Assembly: GCA_023139105.1 (NCBI GenBank)
Contig: JAGLOF010000016.1
Span: 959-64,958, forward strand
Reading direction: 5' to 3'
Source of the DNA: a bacterium
GTDB taxonomy: Bacteria; Zhuqueibacterota; QNDG01; JAGLOF01
DNA length: 64,000 nucleotides
Shown here: positions 52,838 to 63,791 of the stretch, one piece after another
Position numbering within the stretch: the stretch's first letter is position 1
How the letters are laid out: the number at the start of each line of letters is the position of its first letter
Program-made: the position numbers and the translations under genes
The notes under the pieces: generated by a model
The model's input: the letters and a program-made list of their open reading frames with translations, nothing else
Databases searched by the model: none
What the model was told of the DNA's origin: nothing

Positions 52838-53966
52838 AAGAATTATTATCTCTGTTATTATTTTATTTCTGACACTTCCTCTGACAGCTCAGAATAAACT
52901 TTCCAGTATACGTAATGAAATAAAGGAGCTGGAACAACAGATTCTGGATCAATCCAGGCGTGAAAAATCTACTCTGGAGACCTTACAAGGCCTGGAGCGT
53001 GAACTTGGTCTCAGAAAAAGGCTTGCCAATGAACTTAAAATTGAACAACGCAGAATAATCAGGCATATAAAGACGACCAGGACTCAGTTGACAAAAACAG
53101 AACAAGCTTTTAATAATCGTAAAGGAGTGATTTCAGACAGAATAATATCACTCTACAAACGGGGACGACTCTCTAACTGGGAAGCTCTACTCTCTTTAAA
53201 TTCTCTACATCAGCTCAGTGTATGGATTAAATACCAACAACGCATTTTGGATCACGATAAAAGAAATCTTTTAATCTTAAAAAGTCAACGTGATTCCATA
53301 CAGACTCAGCAGCAACGCCTGCTTCGCGCACGCAACAGGCAGCAACGTCTCATCACAGAAGCAGCCACGGAATCTGATCGAATTGCAACAAAAAAAACAC
53401 AGCACCAAAATCTGCTCACCCGTGTGCAACAGGACTCAAAATCTCTACAAAACAGACTACGTCAAAAACTTGCTGCTTTTGAAGAAATCAAGCGGATGAT
53501 AGCCAGACAGCAACGTCAAAAAAGCCGGGGACGAGAAATTCCATCAACACAGTTTGCAAGTAAAAAAGGCAGGCTCTCATGGCCGGTCAAAGGCAGAATT
53601 GTTGCCCACTTCGGCATTAATAGAGACCCAATTACAAGAGGCGAGTACGATAACTTTGGAATAGATATCAAAGCCGGAGATAATGACCTGGTACGCTCAG
53701 TTACAGGGGGCGTTGTCAAGGTTGTTACATGGCAGCGCAGCATGGGCAACATTGTAATGGTAGATCACGGTGATAACTTCATCACTGTCTACGGTCACCT
53801 TGAACAGGTACTGGTCGACGAAGAGGATATACTTGAATCAAAAGATATTATAGGCCGTGTAGGTATAAGTTCAAGTCTCTCAGGATCCATACTCCATTTT
53901 CAGGTATGGAAAGGTGAGCAGGAATACAACCCGGAATCATGGCTAAAAAAATCGGGTGGATCATGA
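52830..53966 (+). CDS. M23/LytM peptidase with long coiled-coil (EnvC-like murein hydrolase activator)
   Basis: Signal peptide, a Q/R/K-rich coiled-coil and a C-terminal GIDIKAG...V.AV..G.V......GN.VMVDHG....TVYGHL. Confidence 0.85.
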   Translation: MPKRIIISVIILFLTLPLTAQNKLSSIRNEIKELEQQILDQSRREKSTLETLQGLERELGLRKRLANELKIEQRRIIRHIKTTRTQLTKTEQAFNNRKGVISDRIISLYKRGRLSNWEALLSLNSLHQLSVWIKYQQRILDHDKRNLLILKSQRDSIQTQQQRLLRARNRQQRLITEAATESDRIATKKTQHQNLLTRVQQDSKSLQNRLRQKLAAFEEIKRMIARQQRQKSRGREIPSTQFASKKGRLSWPVKGRIVAHFGINRDPITRGEYDNFGIDIKAGDNDLVRSVTGGVVKVVTWQRSMGNIVMVDHGDNFITVYGHLEQVLVDEEDILESKDIIGRVGISSSLSGSILHFQVWKGEQEYNPESWLKKSGGS

Positions 53967-55063
53967 CAAATAGAATCATCGGGCAGGAGCGCATTCAGTC
54001 TCTATTAACTTCTGCTCTGGATAAACACAGACTGGCGCATGCATATCTATTTCATGGACAGCCGGGTACAGGCAAAGATGCTGTGGCCTTAGGCCTGGCC
54101 ATGCAACTTATCTGTAAGCAGAAAATGCCTTGGGGATGCCGCCAGTGCACTACCTGTCGTCAAATATTAAATCTTGAACATCCTGCATATCAGTTCATAC
54201 AACCTGTGCCTTCCCAGCCAAAGGCAATGAAAGAAGAAAAGTATCTGGAAATCCTGCGGGAGCGGGCACTGGAAAGAATAGCCAATCCATATTGGCCGGT
54301 AGACTACCATCCTGAACTTACAACCTTGCCTGTTATCAGTATCAATCAGGTTCGTGCAATAAAACAGTCTGTCATGCTCAAGCTCGGAGGATCGGCTTAC
54401 AGAATTTTTCATATCTCTCAAATTGATAAAATGACAGCACCGGCTTCAAACAGCCTTTTAAAAATTTTGGAAGAACCGCCGCCACGCACCTTACTCATTC
54501 TGACCACCTCTTTCCCGGGTCGGATACTTGCAACTATTCATTCTCGTTGCCAGAACCTTCACTTTCAAGGTATGGCCTCGGAAACTCTTCAATCTGCACT
54601 GGAGGATGATTGGAAAATTGAGACACAGCATGCTCAATTTCTATCAAAAATGGCTGGTGGAAGCCTGCAACGCGGACTTCAAATGGCTGACAAAGAGTTT
54701 GACACTCACAGACAAACGGCTATAGCTTTTCTGGAAGCAAGTTTTGATGATAATTACATACCTTTGCTGGACTGGGTTGATACAAATGCCATTAATAACA
54801 GCAAGGCAGATACTCTGGAAATGCTGGCATTATTGCAAGCACTGATCCGTGATTTAATGCAGATACAACTTGGCTTTGAGGATAGAGTAATAAACACTCA
54901 CACATTACCTGTCTTGCGGCAATTCATGGCAAAACACAATTCTTTCAAGGCCGACATAGGTATTGCCGTCATATCTCAAGCTATTGATTATATTGAAAAA
55001 AATGCTTACCTTCCCATGGCACTTTTTTCACTTTCAAGAAGGCTACGCGAGGCAGGCAAATAA
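53963..55063 (+). CDS. holB: DNA polymerase III subunit delta-prime
   Basis: HAYLFHGQPGTGK and a zinc module C..C..C. The ATGA overlap with the upstream stop favours a start at 53963. Confidence 0.8.
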   Translation: MTNRIIGQERIQSLLTSALDKHRLAHAYLFHGQPGTGKDAVALGLAMQLICKQKMPWGCRQCTTCRQILNLEHPAYQFIQPVPSQPKAMKEEKYLEILRERALERIANPYWPVDYHPELTTLPVISINQVRAIKQSVMLKLGGSAYRIFHISQIDKMTAPASNSLLKILEEPPPRTLLILTTSFPGRILATIHSRCQNLHFQGMASETLQSALEDDWKIETQHAQFLSKMAGGSLQRGLQMADKEFDTHRQTAIAFLEASFDDNYIPLLDWVDTNAINNSKADTLEMLALLQALIRDLMQIQLGFEDRVINTHTLPVLRQFMAKHNSFKADIGIAVISQAIDYIEKNAYLPMALFSLSRRLREAGK

Positions 55064-55126
55064 TTAAACATTAATGCCGTAAATATTGCAATGTACATAC
55101 ATCGATAACTTAGGATAGATAAGCCA

Positions 55127-56041
55127 ATGGCAAAAATTTTAGAGATAGAATTTAAAGGTGGGCGCAAAGCATTTTACGCCAATCCCCATGAATTCCCATT
55201 CCGCGTCAGTGACAGAGTAATTGTTGAAGTTGAAAAAGGCGAAGGAATGGGCACAGTCATCAACCTGGGAAGTCTTGTTGATAAACGAGCAGGAGATCAA
55301 ACACTACCGCAAATTCTCAGAAAACCTGAAAAATCAGATTTTGATTATCAGCTTGAAAATGATGATTTGGAAAAAGAAGCTTTTACTGACTGCAAGGAGA
55401 GAATTGAAGGTCACACACTTGACATGAAGCTTGTTGACGTTGAGTATCAGTTTGACCGGAAAAAAATAACCTTCTACTTCACTTCGGAAAATCGTGTTGA
55501 TTTCCGCGCACTGGTTCGTGATCTTGCCAGCCGCTATCGCACAAGAATTGAACTTCGCCAGATTGGAGTCAGAGACGAAGCCAAACGAATCGGCGGAATG
55601 GGCGTATGTGGAAGGAAACTATGCTGTTCCAGCTTCCTTCGTGAATTTGAACCTGTAATCACACAGTTGGCAAAAGACCAGAACCTGGCATTGAATCCCA
55701 CTAAATTGTCCGGTTGCTGTGGGCGTCTCATGTGCTGCCTTCGTTATGAAGCTGATATGTATATCGAATCTCAAAACCGTTTTCCATCGATTGGCACTAA
55801 AATAAAGACTGATAAAGGCCTGGGAGATCTTATAAAATTTGATATTTTCAAAGACGTATGTACTCTGCGTTATGAGAACGGCGAGACACAGGTCTTAACA
55901 TTAGAGGAAACAGAATCTTTCATAAAAGCGGCTAAAGAGAGAGAAAAAAACAGTCATCGTAAAAGCGGTAAAAATAGATTTAACAGAAGAAATAAACCAA
56001 AAAACCGGAAGCCCAGGGATACCAAGCCTAATGAAAACTAA
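55127..56041 (+). CDS. PSP1-domain protein (RicT/YaaT-like)
   Basis: PSP1 core with a cysteine cluster (GVCGRKLCCSSFL ... GCCGRLMCCLRYE). The holB-adjacent synteny is classic. Confidence 0.85.
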   Translation: MAKILEIEFKGGRKAFYANPHEFPFRVSDRVIVEVEKGEGMGTVINLGSLVDKRAGDQTLPQILRKPEKSDFDYQLENDDLEKEAFTDCKERIEGHTLDMKLVDVEYQFDRKKITFYFTSENRVDFRALVRDLASRYRTRIELRQIGVRDEAKRIGGMGVCGRKLCCSSFLREFEPVITQLAKDQNLALNPTKLSGCCGRLMCCLRYEADMYIESQNRFPSIGTKIKTDKGLGDLIKFDIFKDVCTLRYENGETQVLTLEETESFIKAAKEREKNSHRKSGKNRFNRRNKPKNRKPRDTKPNEN

Positions 56042-58052
56042 GAGAATTCTTGTAACAAGTGCTCTACCCTATGCTAATGGTCCCCTGCATCTTGGACATA
56101 TTGCCGGTGCATATCTTCCGGCGGACATATACGTTCGTTACCAACGCCTCATAGGTAGTGATATTGTATATATCTGCGGTTCTGACGAACACGGTGTACC
56201 CATAACCGTAACTGCAGATAAAGAGGGGATTGCACCCCAGGACGTAGTAGATCGATTTCACGGCATGAACAAGTCCTCTTTTGAAGATCTGGGCATCAGC
56301 TTTGATAATTACTCCAGGACCACCCTGCCGATTCACCATGAAACTGCCAGGGAATTCTTCACCAAGCTGCATAATGAGGGCCATCTTATTGTAAAAGAGT
56401 CTGAACAATACTTTAGTGAGTCAGCCCAAAAATTTCTTCCGGATAGATATGTTGAAGGCCAATGTCCACACTGTCAAGATGAGGGTGCCAGAGGTGATCA
56501 ATGTGATAACTGCGGAAAGTGGCTGGAACCGGGTGAGCTGCTGAAGCCCCGCTCTAAAATGGATGGTTCTGTCCCTGTCTTAAAAAATACACGACACTGG
56601 TATCTGCCCATGGGCAGTTTTTCCAAAGAGTGGAAAGAATGGTTTGACAGCCATGAATGGCCGCAAAATGTTCGTAATTACTGTCTGGGATGGTATAAAG
56701 AAGGACTTGGCGACAGGCCTATCACCCGTGATCTGAACTGGGGTATCGATGTGCCGCTGGAAGATGCCAATGGCAAAGTCTTATACGTATGGTTTGATGC
56801 TCCTATCGGCTATATTTCATCCACCAAGGAGTGGGCACAGAACAAAGGTCAGCCGGAGAAATGGAAAGAATACTGGCTAGACCAGGAGACTGAGCTTGTA
56901 CATTTTATTGGCAAAGACAATATTGTATTTCACGCCATTCTCTTCCCCATGATGCTCAAAGAAATGGGCGGATATATTCGCCCCACGGCCATTCCGGCTA
57001 ATGAGTATCTGACAATAGAAGGCAGGAAAATCTCCACCAGTCGGAATTATGCAATCTGGGTGAAAGACTACTTGCAGATCTTTGAACCCGATCCTTTAAG
57101 ATTTACACTTGCGGCCAATGCACCCGAGACAAAGGACACCGACTTCTCCTGGAAGCAGCTTCAGTCACGCAATAATGATGAATTGGCAGACATTCTCGGT
57201 AACTTCATCAATCGAACCATGACTTTTATTCATAAATATTATGACGGCATAGTCCCGGGTAAACACGCTCTCTCGGATATGGACAGAGAGATGCTGGCAG
57301 TACTTCACGATGCGCCGGACACTATGGCCGCCCTGTTTGAGTCATTTCAGGTACGCAAAGCAGTGAAAGCATTTATGGATATATGCCGCTCTGCCAACAA
57401 ATACTTTAATGACAAGGCGCCCTGGGAGGCACGAAAGAATGACCTGGAGTCATGTGCCACAACATTGACAATTTGTGTAGAAATTGCCCAGGCGTTGGCT
57501 ACATTGATGTCTCCCATCGTACCATTCTCTTCTGAAAAACTCCTTCCAATGCTTGGTTTGACAAAACCACTGGATTGGAATGCAATAAAATCATCTGATG
57601 TCAAAAAAGGCCATAAACTTGGCGCACCCGGCATACTCTTCCCAAAGATTGAAGATGATGTAATACAAATTGAAATCGAAAAACTAAAAGCCATGGCCGA
57701 ACCTAAAATTGAATTTGAAGCAATTGCAGATACTATTGACTTTGATCAGTTCAAGGCTGTAGATCTGCGAACTGCCAAAGTTATACATGCCGAAAAAATT
57801 AAAAAAGCAAATAAACTTCTGCGGCTGGAAGTCGATATAGCAGGCGAGAAGCGTCAGATTGTTGCCGGAATAGCCCGCAGCTACAAACCTGAGGCCCTCA
57901 TAGGCAAGACAATATTGGTAGTGGCCAATCTGGCTACTGTCAAAATACGAGGCGTGGAATCACAGGGAATGGTACTGGCTCTGGCAACAGGTGACAATTT
58001 CACTCTACTCACACCCGACGGCGACATGCCATCGGGAATCCGTGTGGAATGA
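56031..58052 (+). CDS. metG: methionine--tRNA ligase
   Basis: YANGPLHLGH (HIGH), a zinc knuckle CPHC..C..CG, KISTS (KMSKS) and a C-terminal tRNA-binding domain. Confidence 0.97.
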   Translation: MKTKRILVTSALPYANGPLHLGHIAGAYLPADIYVRYQRLIGSDIVYICGSDEHGVPITVTADKEGIAPQDVVDRFHGMNKSSFEDLGISFDNYSRTTLPIHHETAREFFTKLHNEGHLIVKESEQYFSESAQKFLPDRYVEGQCPHCQDEGARGDQCDNCGKWLEPGELLKPRSKMDGSVPVLKNTRHWYLPMGSFSKEWKEWFDSHEWPQNVRNYCLGWYKEGLGDRPITRDLNWGIDVPLEDANGKVLYVWFDAPIGYISSTKEWAQNKGQPEKWKEYWLDQETELVHFIGKDNIVFHAILFPMMLKEMGGYIRPTAIPANEYLTIEGRKISTSRNYAIWVKDYLQIFEPDPLRFTLAANAPETKDTDFSWKQLQSRNNDELADILGNFINRTMTFIHKYYDGIVPGKHALSDMDREMLAVLHDAPDTMAALFESFQVRKAVKAFMDICRSANKYFNDKAPWEARKNDLESCATTLTICVEIAQALATLMSPIVPFSSEKLLPMLGLTKPLDWNAIKSSDVKKGHKLGAPGILFPKIEDDVIQIEIEKLKAMAEPKIEFEAIADTIDFDQFKAVDLRTAKVIHAEKIKKANKLLRLEVDIAGEKRQIVAGIARSYKPEALIGKTILVVANLATVKIRGVESQGMVLALATGDNFTLLTPDGDMPSGIRVE

Positions 58053-58825
58053 GTATGTGGATAGATACGCATGCCCATTTGGACATGGCTGCTTTCAATG
58101 ACGACCTTGATTCTGTACTCAAACGTGCAGAAGATGAAGGTGTTAAGCGCATTATCACCATTGGTATAGACATTGAATCCAGCCGCAAGGCATTGGAACT
58201 TGCTGAAAAACACCTCAATGTATTTGCATCTGTGGGAATTCATCCTCATGAAGCTGGCAAAGCATCAGAGGAAGATCTTGAAACGCTGATCGGCCTTCTG
58301 GCTCATCCAAAATGTGTCGCTCTAGGTGAAGCCGGTCTTGATTATCACTATGATTATTCTCCCCGGGATGTACAGCATTCTATCTTCAAAACGCAACTCA
58401 GGCTGGCCAATGCCTTAAAAAAACCGCTTATCATTCATGTCCGTGAAGCCATGGAAGATGCGCTGAACATCATCGACTCTGTTAGTACGCAGCAATGGAA
58501 CGGAGTTTTTCACTGTTACGGCGGTGAAGCATACGAAGTACCGGAAGTAATAAAAAGAGGTTTTCACATAGGCTTTACCGGTGTAGTGACATTTAAGAAT
58601 TTCAAAAATGCCGATACCGTGCGTCAGGTGCCCATTAACCGCTTATTGGTAGAGACAGATGCACCATATATGGCACCTACACCGTTTAGAGGGAAACGGA
58701 GTGAGCCTATGCATGTAGCAACAACAGGCACAGCATTAGCAGAACTGCTGGAAATGGATGTTGACATACTAGCCGCTCAGACCAGCAGAAACGCCAAATC
58801 ACTCTTCAGATTGACGGTAGACTAA
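58049..58825 (+). CDS. tatD: TatD-family metal-dependent hydrolase/DNase
   Basis: IDTHAHLD, GE.GLDY and ETD.PY motifs. Confidence 0.9.
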   Translation: MSMWIDTHAHLDMAAFNDDLDSVLKRAEDEGVKRIITIGIDIESSRKALELAEKHLNVFASVGIHPHEAGKASEEDLETLIGLLAHPKCVALGEAGLDYHYDYSPRDVQHSIFKTQLRLANALKKPLIIHVREAMEDALNIIDSVSTQQWNGVFHCYGGEAYEVPEVIKRGFHIGFTGVVTFKNFKNADTVRQVPINRLLVETDAPYMAPTPFRGKRSEPMHVATTGTALAELLEMDVDILAAQTSRNAKSLFRLTVD

Positions 58826-59604
58826 TGGGCATCAAACCAATAAAATCACTTAGTCAGCATTTTCTGATCGATGATATTATCTCAGATCAGATCGTTGACT
58901 CTATGGATATTCAAGCAGGTGAGCATATTCTGGAGATCGGACCTGGCGAAGGTGTTCTGACAGACCGCATAATGAATACTCCGGCAGCTCGTTTGACTGC
59001 TGTGGAACTGGATCGACGGCTCTCAATGTTCCTGCGGGTCAGGCATGAAAGTGATAGCCGTTTTACCTTGATTGAAGATGATTTTTTAAATGTTGATCTC
59101 AATGATCTTGCTGCCGGCAACAAGATGCGGATAATTGGCAACTTGCCATATTCCATCACATCTCCCATACTCTTCCGGCTGCTTGATTGCCGTGAGATCA
59201 TTAGCGACATCACAGTAATGGTACAAAAAGAAGTAGCTGACAGACTAACGTCTATGCCTAATTGTAAGGCATACGGCATTCCGTCAGTATTATTTCAGCT
59301 GCTGGCAAAAGTTGAACATATATGTGACGTGGCTCCCAATGCTTTCAGGCCACCGCCCAAGGTGCACTCTGCCGTAATACGCATTAGTATTTTAGATACA
59401 CCGAAAGCCCATGTTCAGGACTTTGAGGAATTCAGAACGCTGGTACGCACGGCATTTGGTCAACGTCGAAAAATGCTGCGTAATTCAATCAGAGCCTGGC
59501 TACCTGAAAATGAAAACATTGAATTGCCTGTTGCATTAACCCGCAGACCGGAATCTTTGAGCGTATTGGAATGGGCCCAGCTCTCCAATACCTTGTGTAA
59601 ATAA
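58825..59604 (+). CDS. rsmA: 16S rRNA (adenine1518/1519-N6)-dimethyltransferase
   Basis: SQHFL, EIGPG.G.LT and GNLPY.I motifs. Confidence 0.95.
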   Translation: MGIKPIKSLSQHFLIDDIISDQIVDSMDIQAGEHILEIGPGEGVLTDRIMNTPAARLTAVELDRRLSMFLRVRHESDSRFTLIEDDFLNVDLNDLAAGNKMRIIGNLPYSITSPILFRLLDCREIISDITVMVQKEVADRLTSMPNCKAYGIPSVLFQLLAKVEHICDVAPNAFRPPPKVHSAVIRISILDTPKAHVQDFEEFRTLVRTAFGQRRKMLRNSIRAWLPENENIELPVALTRRPESLSVLEWAQLSNTLCK

Positions 59605-59629
59605 AAATTATACTAAACCGGATTTTACT

Positions 59630-60991
59630 ATGGATGAAATACATCTGAAAACATCGTTTGCCGATATCATCTCCGATAATATAGAAGGGGGCCGTCTCAA
59701 CAAGGTACGCGCCCTGGTGGATGATCTCCATCCCGCAGATATTGCGGAGGCAATTGACCGCCTGGATCCCGACTACGGTTTGCAGGTCTTTGGATATCTG
59801 GAGACCGAGACTGCCGCCGAAGTGCTGATTGAATTGGATGAATCAGTACGGCAGCGCATTGTAGCACCACTCACAGAAGAACTTTTGGTTGCAATTATCG
59901 CCGAAATGGATTCTGATGATGCAGCCGATGTTCTCTACGAACTGGACGAGAAGCGTCAACAGCTGATTCTGGCAGCCATGCCCGGCAAGGATCAGCGTGA
60001 AGTCCGCACACTGCTCCGTCACGATGAAGAGTCTGCCGGTGGACTGATGGCCCTTGAGATTGTGGCGGTTAATCAACATCGCACCGCTGAAGAGGCCCTG
60101 GAAGTTCTAAGACGTAAATCCGATGAAATTGACGATGTATACAATATATATGCTGTGGATAGCCGTGGGCACTTGCGCGGTGCAGTTTCTCTGAAAGACG
60201 TGGTTCTGGCAGAACCGAAAACCAAACTTCTGGAATTGATCGAAGATGATGTAATTGCCATACGTCCGGAGATGGATCAGGAAGAAGTAGCTCATCTCTT
60301 TCAAAAATATGATTTGGTTGCTGCACCTGTCGTTGATGAAAACAACAAGCTTGTTGGCCGTATTACTGTTGATGATGTGCTGGATGTTGTTGAAGAAGAG
60401 GCCAGCGAAGATATGTCCATGATGGCCGGTATTACAGATGAAGCCATACGCGAAAGGTCTATTTTCCGCCGCGCCTGGGTACGTCTTCCATGGCTGCTTG
60501 TAGCCTTTGCCGGTGAGATGGTCTCTGCTTTGATTATGAGCAGTTTTTCTGATAGAATTGAATTTATAATAACATCCGCCTTCTTCATACCTCTGATCAT
60601 GGCCATGGGAGGCAATACTGGCATTCAATCGGCAACAATTGTAATCCGCGGCCTTGCAACAGGAGAATTCAATACATCGGATACCAAGAAACGACTTTTT
60701 TCAGAACTCTCTGTGGCCCTCTTCAACGGACTCATTATTGGCTTGCTTGTAATGGGCGTTGTCACAGCCTGGCTCCATACATGGAAGCTGGGGCTAGTCT
60801 TGTCCGGAGCCCTCATCGCAGTTATTATTAATGCGACTCTCATGGGCACACTGATACCCTTTGTTTTGAAACGATTTAAAATTGACCCTGCTGTTGCCAC
60901 AGGACCATTTATCACAACATCCAATGATATTCTGGGACTACTGATATATTTCAGTATGATATTCATATTTAAGGGCTGGTTACAGTCATAA
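59630..60991 (+). CDS. mgtE: magnesium transporter MgtE
   Basis: MgtE N-domain, tandem CBS domains and a TM domain with GGN.G.Q and PF.T...D motifs. Confidence 0.95.
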   Translation: MDEIHLKTSFADIISDNIEGGRLNKVRALVDDLHPADIAEAIDRLDPDYGLQVFGYLETETAAEVLIELDESVRQRIVAPLTEELLVAIIAEMDSDDAADVLYELDEKRQQLILAAMPGKDQREVRTLLRHDEESAGGLMALEIVAVNQHRTAEEALEVLRRKSDEIDDVYNIYAVDSRGHLRGAVSLKDVVLAEPKTKLLELIEDDVIAIRPEMDQEEVAHLFQKYDLVAAPVVDENNKLVGRITVDDVLDVVEEEASEDMSMMAGITDEAIRERSIFRRAWVRLPWLLVAFAGEMVSALIMSSFSDRIEFIITSAFFIPLIMAMGGNTGIQSATIVIRGLATGEFNTSDTKKRLFSELSVALFNGLIIGLLVMGVVTAWLHTWKLGLVLSGALIAVIINATLMGTLIPFVLKRFKIDPAVATGPFITTSNDILGLLIYFSMIFIFKGWLQS

Positions 60992-60995
60992 GTTT

Positions 60996-61754
60996 ATGGC
61001 TATTTTAAATACAGAAGCAATTATCCTCAAAGGATGGAAGCTTAGAGAAACATCAAAAATTCTCCAGCTATATACCAGAGATTACGGTAAGGTCAGGGTT
61101 GTGGCAAAAGGCGGCAGAGATCCTAAAAGTCCATTTAAAGGCTGCCTTGAACCAATGACACACCTAAACATTATTTACTATGACAAACGAACTCGTGATC
61201 TTCAGCTTTTAAGTAAGGTTGATTTAATTGATCCGCACTATCATATTATTGGCGATATGCCCAGGACAACACTGGGCCTGGCAGTTGCCGAACTTACAGA
61301 CAAGGCCGTAGCAGGTGAAGAGTCTTTCCCTGAAGTTTTTGACCTGCTTTCAGGGACACTCTCTGCGCTGGACAGGATGGATGACTTCCTGGAAGCCTAT
61401 ATATGGTACTTTCAGACACACTTCATAGGACTTATGGGGTATAAACCAATATGGGATTCATGCCTGCACTGCGGCACCTCCCTGGGGCTTGAAGGTGGTG
61501 CCTTTCATCCTGAGAGCGGCGGCCTGATATGCCGCAACTGTGGAGGCGGCGGTCTATGGGTATCAAGCGATACACTGGAGATACTCTTTTTTCTGCAACG
61601 CTGTAACCAGGACGAGGCCGGCAGCCTGAAACCGGGTAAAGCACAAAAATTTGAGATTCGTAAACTCTTTGATCTATATTTTAGGGCCCATATCGAACAT
61701 ATGAAAAGGATAGAATCCCTGAGACTATATTACTCTCTGTGTGATGCAGAATGA
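60996..61754 (+). CDS. recO: DNA repair protein RecO
   Basis: OB-fold N-terminus (EAIILKGWKLRETSKIL.LYTR.YGK) and a zinc finger C.HCG...C..CG. Confidence 0.85.
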   Translation: MAILNTEAIILKGWKLRETSKILQLYTRDYGKVRVVAKGGRDPKSPFKGCLEPMTHLNIIYYDKRTRDLQLLSKVDLIDPHYHIIGDMPRTTLGLAVAELTDKAVAGEESFPEVFDLLSGTLSALDRMDDFLEAYIWYFQTHFIGLMGYKPIWDSCLHCGTSLGLEGGAFHPESGGLICRNCGGGGLWVSSDTLEILFFLQRCNQDEAGSLKPGKAQKFEIRKLFDLYFRAHIEHMKRIESLRLYYSLCDAE

Positions 61755-61836
61755 ATCAAACTTATATCAAATTGAAGACTTTGCATCATTAATCAGTAAA
61801 ACCAAGGCAGCACTGCGCCAATAAAAGGAGGTTTCT

Positions 61837-63159
61837 GTGTCAGTAACAATGGAAAAAATTGTCTCTTTATGTAAACGAAGAGGTTTCATATTTCAGTCAA
61901 GCGAGATCTATGGAGGCATTAATGCCTGCTATGACTATGGCCCGCTGGGTGTGGAATTAAAGAAAAACATCAAGGATTTTTGGTGGAAATCTATGGTATA
62001 CGACCATCGCAATATAGTTGGTCTTGATTCTGCCATTCTTATGCACCCCCGCATCTGGGAGGCCTCAGGCCATGTTGCAGGTTTTAACGACCCTATGGTC
62101 GATTGCCGCCAATGCAAGGCCCGTTTCCGCGAGGATGAAATCGATCCGAAAAAACTTGCAGCAGGTCAATGCCCACGCTGTGGCAACAAGGACGTCCTGA
62201 CAGAACCACGCCAGTTTAACCTTATGTTTAAGACTCATATGGGTCCGGTGGCTGAAGACGCATCGCAGATCTATCTTCGACCGGAAACCGCTCAGGGCAT
62301 ATATGTCAACTATAAAAATGTTCTGGATTCCTCACGTCAGAAAATACCCTTTGGCATTGCCCAGATTGGTAAGGCCTTCAGAAATGAGATCACACCGGGA
62401 AACTTTATATTCCGCACGCGGGAATTTGAACAGATGGAAATGCAATACTTTGTCCAGCCCGGCGATGATATTGAAGCACTTGAAATGTGGAAAGAACGCC
62501 GCATGGCCTATTATGACAAGCTTGGTCTTAATATGTCGAAATTACGCTTTGAAGAACACGGCCCTGATGAACTGGCCCACTATGCTAAAGCCGCATTTGA
62601 TGTGGAGTATGAATTCCCCATCGGCTGGAAAGAGCTGGAAGGCGTGCATAACAGAACAGATTTTGATCTTTCAGCTCATCAGGAGCACTCTGGCAAAGAT
62701 CTCAGGTATTTCAATGACCAGACGCGTGAGCGCTTTCTTCCCTACATCATCGAGACCTCTGCCGGTGTGGATCGCACTCTTTTAGCCTGTTTAGCAGATG
62801 CATATGAAGAGGAACAACTGGAGAAAGAGAAACGAACTGTTCTTCATCTTTCACCAGCCATTGCACCTTTCAAGGCAGCAATTTTCCCACTTGTAAAAAA
62901 AGAGGGTATGCCGGAAATTGCCTTAAAAATCTATGATGATCTGAGAGGCGACATGAACGTATTCTACGATGCTCAAGGTGCTGTTGGACGCCGTTACCGC
63001 CGCCAGGATGAGGCAGGAACACCTTTCTGCATTACCGTAGACTCTCAAACACTGGAAGATCAAACAGTGACTTTAAGAGACCGTGACTCCATGGAGCAAT
63101 TACGAATATCCATGTCTGCTCTAAAGCAGGCACTGCAGGATAAAATTAAAGGGGAATAA
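61837..63159 (+). CDS. glyQS: glycine--tRNA ligase (homodimeric GlyQS type)
   Basis: KRRGFIFQSSEIYGG, RPETAQG and FRNEI.P motifs. GTG start 5 nt after AAGGAGG, with an alternative ATG at 61849. Confidence 0.95.
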   Translation: MSVTMEKIVSLCKRRGFIFQSSEIYGGINACYDYGPLGVELKKNIKDFWWKSMVYDHRNIVGLDSAILMHPRIWEASGHVAGFNDPMVDCRQCKARFREDEIDPKKLAAGQCPRCGNKDVLTEPRQFNLMFKTHMGPVAEDASQIYLRPETAQGIYVNYKNVLDSSRQKIPFGIAQIGKAFRNEITPGNFIFRTREFEQMEMQYFVQPGDDIEALEMWKERRMAYYDKLGLNMSKLRFEEHGPDELAHYAKAAFDVEYEFPIGWKELEGVHNRTDFDLSAHQEHSGKDLRYFNDQTRERFLPYIIETSAGVDRTLLACLADAYEEEQLEKEKRTVLHLSPAIAPFKAAIFPLVKKEGMPEIALKIYDDLRGDMNVFYDAQGAVGRRYRRQDEAGTPFCITVDSQTLEDQTVTLRDRDSMEQLRISMSALKQALQDKIKGE

Positions 63160-63236
63160 GGCATTAGCATGGTAAAAGCTCCACGTAAATTAACATTTTT
63201 CATCTCTTTTTTATGAAATTTGTGAATACAATTCAT

Positions 63237-63266
63237 TTGACAGCAGCTAAAAAGTACAAGTATATT
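63237..63266 (+). promoter_or_regulatory. candidate sigma70-type promoter for ssb
   Basis: TTGACA (63237-63242), an 18-nt spacer, then TATATT (63261-63266). Confidence 0.3.
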
Positions 63267-63306
63267 TAGAGATCGATATAATTTAATACTATAAAAGGAG
63301 GCTCCA

Positions 63307-63729
63307 ATGGCCAGAGGAAAAGGCACAATAAACAAAGTTACTTTAATTGGAAGACTGGGTGCAGATCCACAACTTAGATACACACCTTCAGGCAGAGCAA
63401 GTGCTACTTTCAATATTGCCACTAATTACGGTTGGAAAGATAATGACGGCAATCCACAAGAACGAACCGATTGGCATCGCATTGTAGCCTGGGGAAAACT
63501 AGCCGAAATTATGGGCGAATGGTTAAAAAAAGGCAGCCTGGTATATCTGGATGGACGTCTTCAAACCAGAAATTATGAAGATAACGGTGTTAAAAAATAT
63601 ATTACCGAAGTTGTTGTCACAGATATGGAAATGTTGGGACGTAAGGGTGAAAGCGGCGGATCAGGCGGATCTGAACCTCTACCTGAAGAGCCTCCGGTAA
63701 TTGATCAGAATGATGATTTGCCATTCTAA
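63307..63729 (+). CDS. ssb: single-stranded DNA-binding protein
   Basis: NKVTLIGRLG.DP.LRYT..G OB fold and an acidic tail ending DDLPF. Confidence 0.95.
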   Translation: MARGKGTINKVTLIGRLGADPQLRYTPSGRASATFNIATNYGWKDNDGNPQERTDWHRIVAWGKLAEIMGEWLKKGSLVYLDGRLQTRNYEDNGVKKYITEVVVTDMEMLGRKGESGGSGGSEPLPEEPPVIDQNDDLPF

Positions 63730-63751
63730 TTTAATTTTATGATTAATCAGG

Positions 63752-63782
63752 AAAGGCCGGAACTTAATGTTCCGGCCTTTTC
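63752..63782 (+). terminator. rho-independent terminator after ssb
   Basis: AAAGGCCGGAAC-TTAAT-GTTCCGGCCTTT, a perfect 12-bp stem. The short T-run is partly inside the stem. Confidence 0.6.
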
Positions 63783-63791
63783 AAGCCACAC

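Noticed and set aside
59605-59629. M-box riboswitch before mgtE and T-box before glyQS (61755-61836)
   Set aside because: The spacers are only 25 nt and 82 nt, too short for these leaders, and no specifier or T-box sequence is seen.
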